From NCBI GenBank assembly GCA_017654855.1, contig CM030338.1, forward strand, positions 1,364,001 through 1,428,000: a stretch of DNA of 64,000 bases, in the 5' to 3' direction. The notes under the pieces were generated by a model. It was not told the DNA's origin. It saw only the letters and a list, made by a program, of their open reading frames with translations, and searched no databases. The DNA is from Podospora anserina (Eukaryota). How positions within the stretch are numbered: position 1 is the stretch's first letter; each line of letters opens with the position of its first letter. A program made the position numbers and the translations under genes. Below are positions 13,746 through 25,496 of the stretch, in pieces.

Positions 13746-14494
13746 GATCTTGTCTTGTTGTTGTTGTCGTTGCTGTTGTTGTTGGAGTTTTGTATGTAGG
13801 ATAGAGAAAACGAAAAACGACTGTGTGAGAAGAAAAAGAGATGGGAAAAGTCAAAAGGGGCGTGGGGAATTGGTGGGATCGGCCTGGTCCCGGTGCTGTA
13901 AAGCTTCGGTTTGTCATCGCCGGCAGTATTCAGTCAGCTGTATAATAAAAAGAAGCACACCCGTTTCGGGGTTTCAGTCTCGCAAAAGGCGATACTCAAA
14001 GCCTGAAACGGGAGTGCTTTTTCTCCACCTGACTGAATGCTGTCGGCGGTGAAAGGCTTTACAGCACTGGGGCTCTCCTTAGACGGCTGATGTTGATACT
14101 GTTGTTCAATTTTGTGGGAATATATGTCTGTTGGTTTTGTCTTTCTTTGTAGAGAAAAGGGGCGATGATGGTATGGCCTCGGTTTTGGGAGTTGCATAAA
14201 CTTCACAGCTCTACTCTCTGTTTCTCTCTACTCGGTTGTAATTATCAAAACAAGTTTCATCTCCTCATCTCTGGCATGTACCATACCTGTAGAGCTCTGT
14301 TAGCTATGATGTACCTTACCCAACCACAATTATGGCATTGTCTTCTTCATCTGTAATAATAAAACTGTATTTCATCTCCCCATCTTAATATGGTCCCTGT
14401 GTGACCCGTAACCCACCCATCCTGCCAGCTCCCCAAACACCAAATATCTAATGCCATACATTAATCATTCTCATAAACCTCAATATCTCTTCCC

Positions 14495-15586
14495 CTACTC
14501 ATGCTTACACCCACAACCCTCCATCTTCGCCCTCTCCCTCAACCCCCCAAAAATACTCTCCTTCACCTCCGCCGCCATCAGCCCGGCCCTCTCCTTAACG
14601 GCAACCTGCCCAACATCCCGAATAATCTTGTCCAGATCCTGCCCCCGTGCCTTCGACGAGCTTCCCCCACCACCACCACCACCACCAGCACCACCACCCA
14701 ACGGAACCCCCGTCCCCGCCAACCTCCCACCACCCTGCCTCCCCCCAGAACCCCCAACAACCTCCCTCACCTTCCCCCCCAAATCCCTCATCTGACTACT
14801 CGCAAAATCCCTATTCGTCAACAACGGATTCCCCGCCAGCGTCCCAACCCAATACTTATTCCACAGCGCATCCAACAGCTTATTATCCAACGTGCTCTTG
14901 AAATGCTCCACCTCCAAAGCATAATATTTACTCGCATGCGCTCCAAAATCCTCCATCTTCCCCAACGGCACACTCTTATCCCCTCCTCCCCCTGACCCTC
15001 CCGACCCAGACCCTCCAGTATAATTCTCCGGAAAAGTCCTAAAAGCCCCAATATCCACCTTCCCCCCCGCCACCGTCCGGTCAGGATCAACCACAATCGC
15101 CACCATCGGTCCCTGCAGCTGCTGCAGCTTCTGCGTCTCAACGTCAATCCCGCTCAGCCAGCACCCGTACCCCGGGTGCGAGTGATACCACCCAACCACA
15201 TTCTCCTGCCTGCTCTCCTCCCTGCACCCGCTCAGATACTGAACCAGATACTCGTCTGCCTCCCCCTGCGCATTCACTCTTGTCTCTGTCCCCTCGACCG
15301 GCAGGCGGAACGCGTCCGTGACGACAAAGGTCGACCGGTCGATGAAGCCTTGCATCATGCCCATCACCTCGAGCGAGCCGCCCGAGCGGGCGTGCATGAC
15401 CATCTTGAGGAGCGCGACGGGGGAGATGCGGACGGATTTGAAGTACTGGGGGTCTTGGACCCAGGGTTTGGACGCGTGGTCGCCTGTGTGGGAGGGGGGT
15501 TGGTTCGAGGTGAAGTGCGTGTACGAGTAGAGGGCGTCGAGGTGGTTGGAGGTGAGCTTGTCGGTGAGTGGGAGTTCTGTTGTCAT
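14495..15586 (-). CDS. CSN5: COP9 signalosome subunit 5 (JAMM deneddylase)
   Basis: [41 protein letters not shown] motif, [20 protein letters not shown]. Confidence 0.96.
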   Translation of the reverse strand: MTTELPLTDKLTSNHLDALYSYTHFTSNQPPSHTGDHASKPWVQDPQYFKSVRISPVALLKMVMHARSGGSLEVMGMMQGFIDRSTFVVTDAFRLPVEGTETRVNAQGEADEYLVQYLSGCREESRQENVVGWYHSHPGYGCWLSGIDVETQKLQQLQGPMVAIVVDPDRTVAGGKVDIGAFRTFPENYTGGSGSGGSGGGGDKSVPLGKMEDFGAHASKYYALEVEHFKSTLDNKLLDALWNKYWVGTLAGNPLLTNRDFASSQMRDLGGKVREVVGGSGGRQGGGRLAGTGVPLGGGAGGGGGGGGSSSKARGQDLDKIIRDVGQVAVKERAGLMAAEVKESIFGGLRERAKMEGCGCKHE

Positions 15587-16256
15587 AGGTAGGCAATGGT
15601 TAGTATCGATGAGGGATGGAGAGAGAGGCAGGGAGAGGTACCCATGATGGCGGATCCCCTTTTGCCGATCGGCTAACTGGGCGTGACTGATAGTGTCGCT
15701 TCTTCGCTGAAATTTGGAAAACGACCTCTTCTGAAATGACTGTTGAAGTCGCCGTTGATGGAAAGCTGGTGTTTGTCAAGGTGGGAGTTGTAAGCTGGAG
15801 CTGGCCGAGCTGCAGCCTGCTGCTGTGGTTGACAATGGAGGGGTCGCACTGATAAGATAAGGAAGCTCCCCCCCTGCCTGCCGTCAAAGTGCTCCTTCCT
15901 CCTGGCAACCCACAAACCTTATGAAGGTTACTTTAGCAAGGCAGTCGCAATGGGTAACTGATAATTATTTAATATGTGATATTCCATTGTATATACCGCT
16001 TTATTATGTACTCCTCTTAATTCTTCCCCACCGACTTATGCCCTTGAACTCCAAGAATGCTTCCCTTCCTCTCTCTCGGCAGCTCCCCCTAGTCCGTGTC
16101 TCAACTAAAAAAAAAATATAAACTTTATATAAAAGACTTCATCACCATCCCATCTTACAATGCCACCTCAACCCAAGACACCGCCACAAAACGAGAGTAA
16201 GAAAAAAAAAACCATCAAAACAACGGGCTACACCAAGGCTCCCAACCACACCCCCT

Positions 16257-19200
16257 TTACTGCCTCCTCGAACTCCTATGACTCAAAGTCTTCATCAACC
16301 CTCCTCCCCCTTCCCCATCCTCCCCCCCCTCCTCCAGCACCATTTCCCCCCCTTGATCCCTCACAGCAACAACACTCTGCTCCCTTTGCCCCCCACCACC
16401 CCCCTCCTTCAACTTATGCCTAATCGCACTCAACTTATCCCTAAACCCCATATGCCCCCCCGTCCTCTTCCTTTCCGGACTCCCACCACCCCCGCCGCTA
16501 TTCATCACCTCCTCCATCCCCATCCCACCAACCCCCGCATTATAATTACTAAAAGCCACCGTATTATTCCCCATCCCCATCCCCAACCCCCCACTGCTCC
16601 CCGGCCTCTTGGTCTGCTGATGTTGCTGCTGCTGCCCATTACTGCCCCCACCACCGCCAAAAGGCTTCGACCACCCGCTACTAGCAGGCCTCAGCAAACT
16701 CCCAAACCCAGTCTTCCCCCCCCCCTGAACAGAAGAAGATGACCCGGAGCTGATCGTCGACTGCGTAGGCTGCGTCATCAAAAAGGTAGGTATAGCACCG
16801 GTAGCCTGCGTGTTAGCAACCACATGCCCAGCAGCTGAGGCTTGCTGCTGCTGCGGCACCGTCGCCGACCGCTGCGAAGAAGCAATGCTCGAACTCCGGC
16901 TGGCAGAAGACTTTGGCACAGGAATACTGCTCGCCGCCGTCGCCGCCCGCCTGATCGACTGCGGTGGCGACCGGGAAAAGTCCACCGGCGAGGCACCAAC
17001 GCCGTATATACTAGAAGAGTCGTCCCCGCTGTTCTCTCTCGACTCACCGCCCGCTATCGAGCTGCCGACTGGAGTGGCAAGCAACACCGAGCTGGTCGCC
17101 ACCTCCCTCAATTTGGACTGCTGAGCAATGTTAGGCCGATGTTTCGAGAACTTGTTGCCAATGATGGCACCCGTGTGGCTGATCAGGGCTTTGATCACCC
17201 GGCTCTTGAGCGCGAGAGCCAAGTCGAGGTTGGACCAGGTCTTGTTGCGGTACTCAATCGTTGGCATCCGGAAGACGAAGTCATGAACGTCTTCAAAGTT
17301 GCGCTCGCCCTTGCCCTTGTAGGAGACGCAGAGGACGACAGAGGGCATCTTGATGTAAGCGAAAGTCATGTAGTTGGAGGCGCGGTCGATCATCTTGGTG
17401 AGATCGTCTGATCGGGCCTTGGCCTTTTCTTCATCCGTAGCAGTTGACCGGTGGCGGAGGCCGAAGCGGGAGCCCTTGCGAGAATCGCCCGAGATGGAGA
17501 TATTGGAGGAGAAGCCTGTGCCGGTCCGGCTAACACCCGGCCTGGGGGTGCTGCCGCGAAGGGAGTCATACGACCGTTTCTTATTCACAGCCTTGAAGCC
17601 GGTCCCCGAGCGGAAGAGTCGGAAGGATGTCCCCTCGCCAGAGTGGATGCTCAAAGCCTTGTGCTTGGGGGGGTCCTCGTCAGGATCCGAAGTCAACGTC
17701 GGACGAAGTCTCAGCTCAAGCGAACCAGCCCGGGTCTCGAACTGTGGAATCTCCGGCTCCTGCTCCCCGGGAACAGTAAGGTGATCCGTAATCTGATTCG
17801 CAAGAGACTCGCTGATGGACATGTTATCTCCCTCATCCTCCTCCTCCCCAGGAATCGACTGCTTGATCATGAAAGGCGACGTGTTCTTCCCCTCAGCCGG
17901 GGCATCCCCGTCAATCCCCGGGAAGATATACTCAAACAGCTTCTTGCCCACCTCTCGTTCAAGCTGAACCTTGAGCGGAAACAGATTGACCTCAAAGTGA
18001 TCCATGATGGGAATACCGGCGATAGCCTCCAGCATATTCCAGTACACCCTTATCATCGGCTTCGTCTCAATGTCCACCACCCCAGCACTCGGCTCAAAGT
18101 AGGGCGCAATCATGGCCGGATAGATGGCATCAGGCAGCAGATTCAACCCCAGTATCCTCCCCACCTGAATCAAATTGATATGCGACCCATCCGAGTTGTC
18201 CGTCCGGTCATACTCGACGTCCTTCAACTGCAGCTCAACAAGCGGCTCATTGTTGTCCCTGATCAACTGCCACACAATCTCCTTGGCCGTGATGCTCCAC
18301 TTCAACAGCGCGCTGCTGGTCGAGTGATCAAACTTCCTCTGGCTCGTCGTGATGGCCTTCATCATAAAGAACAGCTCATCCTCGCACGCGGCCAGATCCC
18401 GCTCCAGCACCAACCTATCCTGCCACCCCTTCTCGTCCATCTGCCTCGAGTGCGTCTGGAAGTGCGTCTTGATGTCCTCCAGCTGCCTCACCCTCTCCTG
18501 CAGCTTAATCACCATCTCCGGCGCCCCCCTCAAATCGCTAAAGTCCGACGCCAGCATGATCTTCTCCAGCCTCTCATTCCTCGTCTTCTCCAACGGCTCG
18601 CTGTACATCAGCAAGTCCAACACAATGACATAGATGGCATAATACTGCGACGAGTTGCACAGCGCGTGCGCCTGAGGGAACTCAACCCAAAGGTTGTCCG
18701 TCCTGCTCTCCTGCGCGCTGCCGGCCTGGCTCAGATTGTCCACCGCCGCCGCCTCGCTCGTGTTGACCTCGTCATTGTACTTCAGCCTCAGGGTGTTGTA
18801 CTTATCATACCTCAGCATGGCCGAAGTCTTTTGCACCACCCTCTTGAACCCGAACGGGTCCGCCTGGAAGTCAAACATGACCTCCATCGGCACCCACGGC
18901 GGCCACGAGCTCCCCGCCGGCGTCCCGTACGTGTTGCCCGAGTACATTGACACCAGCTGCGTGCTGAACCACTTTTGATGCGTCACAAAGAACTGTGTGC
19001 TGTCCATGTTGACCAGGAACCTCCTCTGCACCAGACCGCTGACGTTATCCGAGATCCGGCTCTTTTCGAGGACGTCCACCACCTTGAGCTCCATCCCCTT
19101 GGCCGTGGTGAGCACGACATGCTTCTTGTTCTTGTCGCTCTGCAGCTGAATCTGCGGGGCAATCAACCGGACATGGTAAGCATTCTGCGTCGTAAACTCA

Positions 19201-22200
19201 TCCGCAATGCCACCCGACAAGTCCGCCATGGCCGGATGCTGCGCGTCGATATTCCCCGTCGACCCCGAGAACTTCTTCCCGTCCCCTAGAATCTTTCGGA
19301 TCCTATCCTCAATATCCTTTTGAATATCCCGGTCTTTACCGTTCGCATCCGGTGACTTGCCCGTCCCCGTCGGCGTAGCCGCAGTCTTGGATTTAGTCTG
19401 CTCATCCACCAAGTCCAGGATAAACTTGACCGCGGGCCGGGAGAGGTAGTAAACAAAACCCCTCCGCTGACCGACCTGGTGCATGTACCTCAGAATGATA
19501 TTCCTCAACGTGTTGTTCCACTTGAGCTGAACATTATGCACCACGAACCGGTTCTTAAAGTCACTCGCAAACTCGCCCGTGACCTCAGACTCATCCGAAT
19601 CATCACCGCGCAAGTAGTCGGGACGGTTAAGGTCCCCCTCCGTAGCAGTCGACTCCTCATCCTCATCACTGCACGAAGCAGCCCGGGGCGTCATCTCCCT
19701 CAACATCCCCTCGAGGAAAACCTTCCTCCCATGTAAGACACCAGTATGCCGACTCAAGATCTCATACTCCGCTCCCAGATCAGCAGTGGTGGTATCCCCC
19801 CTGACCATCCTCAGCTCAATCTCCCCAAGCGTGCGCCGGTGAATTTCCGCCTGCTGATCAATCTGCTCTAGCCTTCTCCGAATAAGCTGACTCTGCACCC
19901 TCCTAGGGTCATCATCATGGCTCATGATGCAGAAATGCGTCGGCTCCTTCCCAAAATGCGTCGTCCTGTCCGGATCACCATCAATCAGCCCGCCAATGTC
20001 CGTCTGCCGGAAATACGTCACCCTCGGCGCAAACGCAAGCGGCAAGATCTTGGTGTCTGGGTTCAGCTCCGTAGGCAGGATCCAGTCCAGCTCGACAAAG
20101 TCGTCCATGTCAATCCACCGCGAATCATTATCCGGAATCGTGAACCTCGACACGTCCGCCACATCAGGTTCCTGATCCCCGATATAGCTCGACAGCGAAG
20201 CCTTGGTCACCGCATCCGCCGTGGTGCCGCGAATGCTAGCCGACACAGCCCTCACATCGGCAGACACAAGATCCAGCTGGCCAGCATGTATCCTCATGCC
20301 GCTCGTCCTAGACTGGGTGTTCCGCCCGCGATCGGGAGTAGTGAACTCCTCCCTTCTCATGTGCAAATCCAGCATCCAGCTGTCAAACCGGACCTTGATA
20401 CCCGTCGCAGAAACAGAATTCTCTGCGTAGTCCTCCACATCCTTGTGCTTGTAGATGTGACTGAGGAACAGCGGCGCCAGCAAAACATTGTACTTGATCG
20501 TAGCCAGATGCCTCCCAAACTTCTTGCTGTTCTTCTCTCTTCCAGGCCAGAGAGCACCCTGTCGAATAGGCAGAGAAAGCGGCCCAGAGAAAAGCGACCA
20601 CCAGGCGAAGAAGTGGGTGAAGAATCTCGGGGTGAGATGCACCGTATTGTAGCTGCGAGACGGTTCCGTGACAGACCCAGTCCACTCCCGATCAACCGGC
20701 GCCCGAACAGCAACAGACAAGTGAATATGCTGACTGCGGAACCCGCGAAAGGCATCATACGGCACGCCATTCTCCGCCTTGGCGAGATGGGGCGCCTTGA
20801 GAATGACATCGTAATGAGGCTTGAACTCGAAGCTCCTCTCACCATTGACAATAGCCTTTTCAAACACCAGTCCGGCCATCACTTGCACCTTGCCGGACAG
20901 TTTCATGACCACTTTTTTGAAAGCCGCGCCGGATTTGTAGCTGCTGTCACTGGTAAAGCTCTCATCCTCGCCATGCTGCCTCCTCGTTTCACGGACGTGA
21001 TGGCTGTAATCAGGCACGGCAAGGACATACTCCCCGCTGTCCACCGTCATGAACCGCTTCGGGTCATCATCAGCGTGAATATTCCACCTGACATCCTTCC
21101 TCCAGCACATGATGAAGCCCGCGCCGTTCCCAGTGACCTGGTAAGGATCCCTACTGCCCTTCAGCGCCAGGTGGACATCGCCGCCCTCCCTCCACGCCAC
21201 CCGAACTCTGGAGTGGAAATTCAGCCGAATCTTGTCCCAGAACCCGACCTTTTCAGATGGATCAAGCTGCGGCTTCGTCATCGACTCTATCGCCATCATC
21301 ATGTCCTGAATCGCAGGCTGATACGACGGCCCCCAGGTGATCCTCGTTGGATTGCTGGTATGGATATCAATCACCATGTCAGAGAAAGTCTTGACAGGCC
21401 CGATGGTCCTGCGGACGTCCACCGCAAAGCTTCCCTGGTTGGATGCCATTGAATCCAGATTCCGGCCTGGCACAATCTGGACTTTGATCTTTCTCATCGA
21501 CTCTGGTCCTCTGTACTCTTCGGCAATGACAAAGTCCGTCGTCATGGACAGAGCCTGCATTCTCGTGGATTGGGATGACTTGGTCGAGGGAACATGGATA
21601 AACGGCAGTGGGTAGTCTCTCAGAGATATCCTCGCCTCGCCCATCTCGATCCTGACGCTCATCGGGACAAGCAACGCATATTTCATATCCCTTGGCATGC
21701 CCTTCCCGACCTTGTGCAAGAAATCAGGCAGGTCTTTCATCGGGAAAGACGGCTTGTCGAGCATGATGTGCAGATCGCTAAGCAGCGCCGACATCAACGC
21801 TGGCCGCTGCGGGACCTCGAGAATCTTTTCGCTGTCGTTCCAGTCCTCCGGCACCTCGTTGTGGCCCCAGAACGCAGCGTGCAAGTCCTTGGTGGCATTC
21901 TTGGACAGCTCATACTGCTGATCAATCCGCTGCTTCCAGCTTCTGGCGTTATGAATATTGAGCCTCTCTCTCGCTTCATTGATCGAGATCCTGGCATCCC
22001 CACTGATCCCCAAACACCCTCCCTCAGGATCATACCTCGGCGCCCGTCCCCTAAACCTCCCCTCCCCCCCACCAGACCGTCCCTGATCAGCCCCAATACT
22101 CCTACTCCTCGGCCCCCCATCCCCTGACATCCTCGTCTTCCCCCTCGACGCCGCCGACCTCGTCCTCAACTTGGCGCTCTCCTTCTTCGACTCCTCCTCA

Positions 22201-25200
22201 TGGATCTTCTTCACCTTGACCCTAAATGCCTCCTCCCTCGCCTGCCTCTGCATCATCTCCACCTTCCCGGCCCGATAAATCACCCCCAACTTCCACTCAA
22301 ACGCCCCATCCTCCAGCTCAAAAAGCAACGTCTTGGTACGGAGCGAGACTTTGGGCACATTCCTCGGCCCCTCCGGTCCCTTATCCAGAATATACTCATT
22401 CGTCCCCGTCTTGAACCGATGATGCAGCTGCTGCACCGACTTGATCGAGTTGACAAAATTGTCCGTAATCTTGTACACCACCAAATCATGCGGCACCGCC
22501 ACCCTGATCGTCTCCGAGACCACATCAAACATCCTCTCATCCTGCACCTGCCCACCCGTAAACTTTTTCCTCGACTCCCGGTAGTCCAACCTCACGTTCT
22601 TGACGCTGATGATCCTTGCCCAGACCCTCCTCATCCTCGGCGCTTCCGCATAGAGCCTTATCAACCTCGCATGCAAAAACGGTGGCGACCAGCGATGTCT
22701 CCCCGCCTCCAAGTTACATATCTGGAACATCACCTGGGGATCAGAAGGTAAATCCGCCTTGATCTGGATCAACGTCGCCTTGAAATCAACCGCCACCAAC
22801 TCTTGAACAAAAGACCTCGCGACCTCCCCATCAAGCGACAGCTCCGGAATAGTCCCCCCCGCAGAAGGCGGCGACAAGTGTCCCACCACCAGCCTCTTCG
22901 CACCCATCTTGGGCGTACTCGGCACCATCACCACCGGTGTCGCCGGGCTTGGCCCCCCAGCAGCATTCGTCCTCACAAACGCCTTCCTCAACACCGCAAC
23001 CGCCACAGCAACAGCATAATGCCTATAAAGCGAGTACTGCAGCAACACCGTCCTAATCTGCGAATGAACATGAAACACCGGCCCCTGGTTGTCACTCAGC
23101 GTCGAAAACGCCAGCTCCAACTTGGGAATATTCAAAAACGGCTCCACTTCCCACTTATCCTCCGCCTCAATCATGTAGGCTTCAAACCCCCTCACATGAA
23201 GCGATATCCTCCTCCCATCCCCATCATGATGATACTTTTTCCTCGGAGACATCGGAATCGTCTTCAAAAGATCAGTCTCGGGCGACATCATCCCCCGACT
23301 GCTCGCCCGTCGTCTAGACGGCCTCCTCTGAAGATTGTCAAGCCTCTGGGCGCGGTATTCGGTCGTCCACGTATCCAGCTGAATCGCCAGACCCCTCGTC
23401 TCGTCAGAGATGTCCTTGTCCACACCCGCCACCTCGACACTGAAGTCTGAGCAGGACAGCTGAAAGTGCAACAGCCACGCCGGCATCGCGCGCAGGAAAT
23501 TAGAGTGCCTCGCTGTCTTTGACGAAGCCCTCTTGTCCGGCTCGACGTCCAGTCGCAACTGTCGTACAATCTGCCTCAGACCGTCCCCAATCTCATCTCT
23601 GACCATCTTCAGCGAGAAAGTCTGCAGATTGCCCGTCGCCACCACCTGGACGTTAGGCGAGGCGCTAAGCTGAATTTTGAGATCAAACGAGTCCGTCTCG
23701 AGAAGATCAATCTTTTCGTTTCCGGCCGAGGTCTGGTAGTAAAGATGGTGAGTTTGTAGCCGCATAGTAGCCGCAAGGCTGTAGTGAAGCTGGTCGACCG
23801 TAGAATGGAACGACTCCATATCCAGTGAAATGGACGAGATGGATGATATAATCAGATCAAAATCATCTGGATCAGCGCCTTTGTGCACCGGCGGGAGTGC
23901 TATTCTCACTACTGGCTCGTGCATGGAGAATTTGATGTTGGCCTTGGGGAGGAGGCGTGAGATGAGCATGTGCCGTGTCTGCGGTTCGGATTTGGGAGCT
24001 TTTGGTTTTCGTCGTAGCATAGCTATAAGAAGAGGGAGGTGTCGAGGATCGAGGTCGACGGATGGTGAGGTAACGACCGAGTTGGCGAATAAAATGTTGG
24101 CATTGCGCTGCTCAGCGGTGCCCTCGTGGGTGAGCTCGACTGTTTTAGAGGGGAGGGTCGTCCGAACGGTGGTGGTGGCCATGGGGATGTACATGATCCT
24201 CTCGGGCTTGCCATGTCCATCGTCGAGGCCGATGGATACTGACAACGCGGCAGCCAATGCTTCGTGGGCAGTATCTTTTGAGGGAAAATACATCCTATGT
24301 GCTGAGGACTTGGGGTCGAGCCGGTGGAGGTCGATGCCCACCTCCTTCATGGATGCGTTTAGAAGCACAGGATTTCCTCCAGGACGAACGTGGTCAATCT
24401 TTTTAGTCAGACCAACATAGCTGACAGCAAACTGAACCTCCTTGATGCCCCTAAGGATCGAGCTGACAAGCTCCTTCGAGTCGGAAACGGTCTGCATCAG
24501 CTCGTGGTTCGTTGTGCTCCCCGGTACATCGATCTCCTGCATCACCTGATCGACAATAACGCCCATAGGATCGGATTGGGCAAACTCCTGATTGCATTGG
24601 CTCTTGATCTGCTTGGACAGTTTCGCGCTGTGGCTGACATCGTCATATGGGACATGTAGACGGCCGAGCTTCAGCGAAATGGCGGCGTCGCGGAGACCGT
24701 CGAGGGCTTCGTATAAATAGCCGTGGATGTTCAGGGTGGCGCTGTCCAAAACCTCCAACGATTCTCCCCCATTGGCCGTGAAAAGAACACTCCTCAGCGT
24801 CACAATCCACTCCGCTTGCTGTTTCTGACGGCTCCTCTCTGCCTTCCCTTGCAAGAAGAAGCGCGCCCGGTCGACCATCTTCGACCTCGTGTCAACCGCC
24901 ACGGTAAAACTGCCCACTTGCACGTTGCCCACGTCGACAATGTTGACCGAGGAATTGGTCGCAACCACATCCACCATCCGAAGCCAGTTCACCTTGCGGT
25001 GCAACAGCTTCAGCTTCTCTTTTATCTTGGTCAGGCGCTTCCAAGTCTTACTCCTCCCAGCCGACATGGTCTCGCGCCTCGTGATTTTCGGCACCTTCAT
25101 CGATTCAGCAGCCGGAGGAGTGGAAGCCGCGCCATTGAGCTTCGTCTTTTCGTTATCGCCATCGCTATCCGAGTCCGAATCCTCGCTGCCTGCTGCCAGC

Positions 25201-25496
25201 CCCGCAGCCTTATTCCCTTCCAACTCCTTGATATCGACGGTAACGGCGAGTTCGCTGACGACTATGCTGAGCCAGGTGGGCTGGGAAAAGGTCGGTCGGT
25301 GGACGTTGAGGCCGAGGCCTCTGATGTCGATTCGTATGCCATCGCGCGGGGTGTAGGACAGTCGTCTGAAGGAAAAATAGCCTATGCGCTGGATCGAGAG
25401 GCCGGTGATGATTCGTATTACGGCAAATAAAACAAAGGTCGAGAGATAGAGAAGGACTAGGATTCCAAACACAAAGGTCGGGTTAAGGAGGGCCAT
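16257..25496 (-). CDS. FMP27: Bridge-like lipid transfer protein, FMP27/Hobbit/SABRE (BLTP2) family, ~3079 aa, intronless
   Basis: N-terminal TM anchor (MALLNPTFVFGILVLLY..., ATG 25496), plus the family motifs ARSW, GFWDK, WPPW and an Apt1-like C-terminal domain (EYRNKTWSNLDL). Confidence 0.93.
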   Translation of the reverse strand: MALLNPTFVFGILVLLYLSTFVLFAVIRIITGLSIQRIGYFSFRRLSYTPRDGIRIDIRGLGLNVHRPTFSQPTWLSIVVSELAVTVDIKELEGNKAAGLAAGSEDSDSDSDGDNEKTKLNGAASTPPAAESMKVPKITRRETMSAGRSKTWKRLTKIKEKLKLLHRKVNWLRMVDVVATNSSVNIVDVGNVQVGSFTVAVDTRSKMVDRARFFLQGKAERSRQKQQAEWIVTLRSVLFTANGGESLEVLDSATLNIHGYLYEALDGLRDAAISLKLGRLHVPYDDVSHSAKLSKQIKSQCNQEFAQSDPMGVIVDQVMQEIDVPGSTTNHELMQTVSDSKELVSSILRGIKEVQFAVSYVGLTKKIDHVRPGGNPVLLNASMKEVGIDLHRLDPKSSAHRMYFPSKDTAHEALAAALSVSIGLDDGHGKPERIMYIPMATTTVRTTLPSKTVELTHEGTAEQRNANILFANSVVTSPSVDLDPRHLPLLIAMLRRKPKAPKSEPQTRHMLISRLLPKANIKFSMHEPVVRIALPPVHKGADPDDFDLIISSISSISLDMESFHSTVDQLHYSLAATMRLQTHHLYYQTSAGNEKIDLLETDSFDLKIQLSASPNVQVVATGNLQTFSLKMVRDEIGDGLRQIVRQLRLDVEPDKRASSKTARHSNFLRAMPAWLLHFQLSCSDFSVEVAGVDKDISDETRGLAIQLDTWTTEYRAQRLDNLQRRPSRRRASSRGMMSPETDLLKTIPMSPRKKYHHDGDGRRISLHVRGFEAYMIEAEDKWEVEPFLNIPKLELAFSTLSDNQGPVFHVHSQIRTVLLQYSLYRHYAVAVAVAVLRKAFVRTNAAGGPSPATPVVMVPSTPKMGAKRLVVGHLSPPSAGGTIPELSLDGEVARSFVQELVAVDFKATLIQIKADLPSDPQVMFQICNLEAGRHRWSPPFLHARLIRLYAEAPRMRRVWARIISVKNVRLDYRESRKKFTGGQVQDERMFDVVSETIRVAVPHDLVVYKITDNFVNSIKSVQQLHHRFKTGTNEYILDKGPEGPRNVPKVSLRTKTLLFELEDGAFEWKLGVIYRAGKVEMMQRQAREEAFRVKVKKIHEEESKKESAKLRTRSAASRGKTRMSGDGGPRSRSIGADQGRSGGGEGRFRGRAPRYDPEGGCLGISGDARISINEARERLNIHNARSWKQRIDQQYELSKNATKDLHAAFWGHNEVPEDWNDSEKILEVPQRPALMSALLSDLHIMLDKPSFPMKDLPDFLHKVGKGMPRDMKYALLVPMSVRIEMGEARISLRDYPLPFIHVPSTKSSQSTRMQALSMTTDFVIAEEYRGPESMRKIKVQIVPGRNLDSMASNQGSFAVDVRRTIGPVKTFSDMVIDIHTSNPTRITWGPSYQPAIQDMMMAIESMTKPQLDPSEKVGFWDKIRLNFHSRVRVAWREGGDVHLALKGSRDPYQVTGNGAGFIMCWRKDVRWNIHADDDPKRFMTVDSGEYVLAVPDYSHHVRETRRQHGEDESFTSDSSYKSGAAFKKVVMKLSGKVQVMAGLVFEKAIVNGERSFEFKPHYDVILKAPHLAKAENGVPYDAFRGFRSQHIHLSVAVRAPVDREWTGSVTEPSRSYNTVHLTPRFFTHFFAWWSLFSGPLSLPIRQGALWPGREKNSKKFGRHLATIKYNVLLAPLFLSHIYKHKDVEDYAENSVSATGIKVRFDSWMLDLHMRREEFTTPDRGRNTQSRTSGMRIHAGQLDLVSADVRAVSASIRGTTADAVTKASLSSYIGDQEPDVADVSRFTIPDNDSRWIDMDDFVELDWILPTELNPDTKILPLAFAPRVTYFRQTDIGGLIDGDPDRTTHFGKEPTHFCIMSHDDDPRRVQSQLIRRRLEQIDQQAEIHRRTLGEIELRMVRGDTTTADLGAEYEILSRHTGVLHGRKVFLEGMLREMTPRAASCSDEDEESTATEGDLNRPDYLRGDDSDESEVTGEFASDFKNRFVVHNVQLKWNNTLRNIILRYMHQVGQRRGFVYYLSRPAVKFILDLVDEQTKSKTAATPTGTGKSPDANGKDRDIQKDIEDRIRKILGDGKKFSGSTGNIDAQHPAMADLSGGIADEFTTQNAYHVRLIAPQIQLQSDKNKKHVVLTTAKGMELKVVDVLEKSRISDNVSGLVQRRFLVNMDSTQFFVTHQKWFSTQLVSMYSGNTYGTPAGSSWPPWVPMEVMFDFQADPFGFKRVVQKTSAMLRYDKYNTLRLKYNDEVNTSEAAAVDNLSQAGSAQESRTDNLWVEFPQAHALCNSSQYYAIYVIVLDLLMYSEPLEKTRNERLEKIMLASDFSDLRGAPEMVIKLQERVRQLEDIKTHFQTHSRQMDEKGWQDRLVLERDLAACEDELFFMMKAITTSQRKFDHSTSSALLKWSITAKEIVWQLIRDNNEPLVELQLKDVEYDRTDNSDGSHINLIQVGRILGLNLLPDAIYPAMIAPYFEPSAGVVDIETKPMIRVYWNMLEAIAGIPIMDHFEVNLFPLKVQLEREVGKKLFEYIFPGIDGDAPAEGKNTSPFMIKQSIPGEEEDEGDNMSISESLANQITDHLTVPGEQEPEIPQFETRAGSLELRLRPTLTSDPDEDPPKHKALSIHSGEGTSFRLFRSGTGFKAVNKKRSYDSLRGSTPRPGVSRTGTGFSSNISISGDSRKGSRFGLRHRSTATDEEKAKARSDDLTKMIDRASNYMTFAYIKMPSVVLCVSYKGKGERNFEDVHDFVFRMPTIEYRNKTWSNLDLALALKSRVIKALISHTGAIIGNKFSKHRPNIAQQSKLREVATSSVLLATPVGSSIAGGESRENSGDDSSSIYGVGASPVDFSRSPPQSIRRAATAASSIPVPKSSASRSSSIASSQRSATVPQQQQASAAGHVVANTQATGAIPTFLMTQPTQSTISSGSSSSVQGGGKTGFGSLLRPASSGWSKPFGGGGGSNGQQQQHQQTKRPGSSGGLGMGMGNNTVAFSNYNAGVGGMGMEEVMNSGGGGGSPERKRTGGHMGFRDKLSAIRHKLKEGGGGGQREQSVVAVRDQGGEMVLEEGGEDGEGGGGLMKTLSHRSSRRQ

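Noticed and set aside
17451..21452. Long plus-strand ORFs (499 and 511 aa), and similar antisense ORFs over DnaJ, eIF4B and CDC48
   Set aside because: Antisense shadows of GC-biased coding sequence with no recognisable domains.
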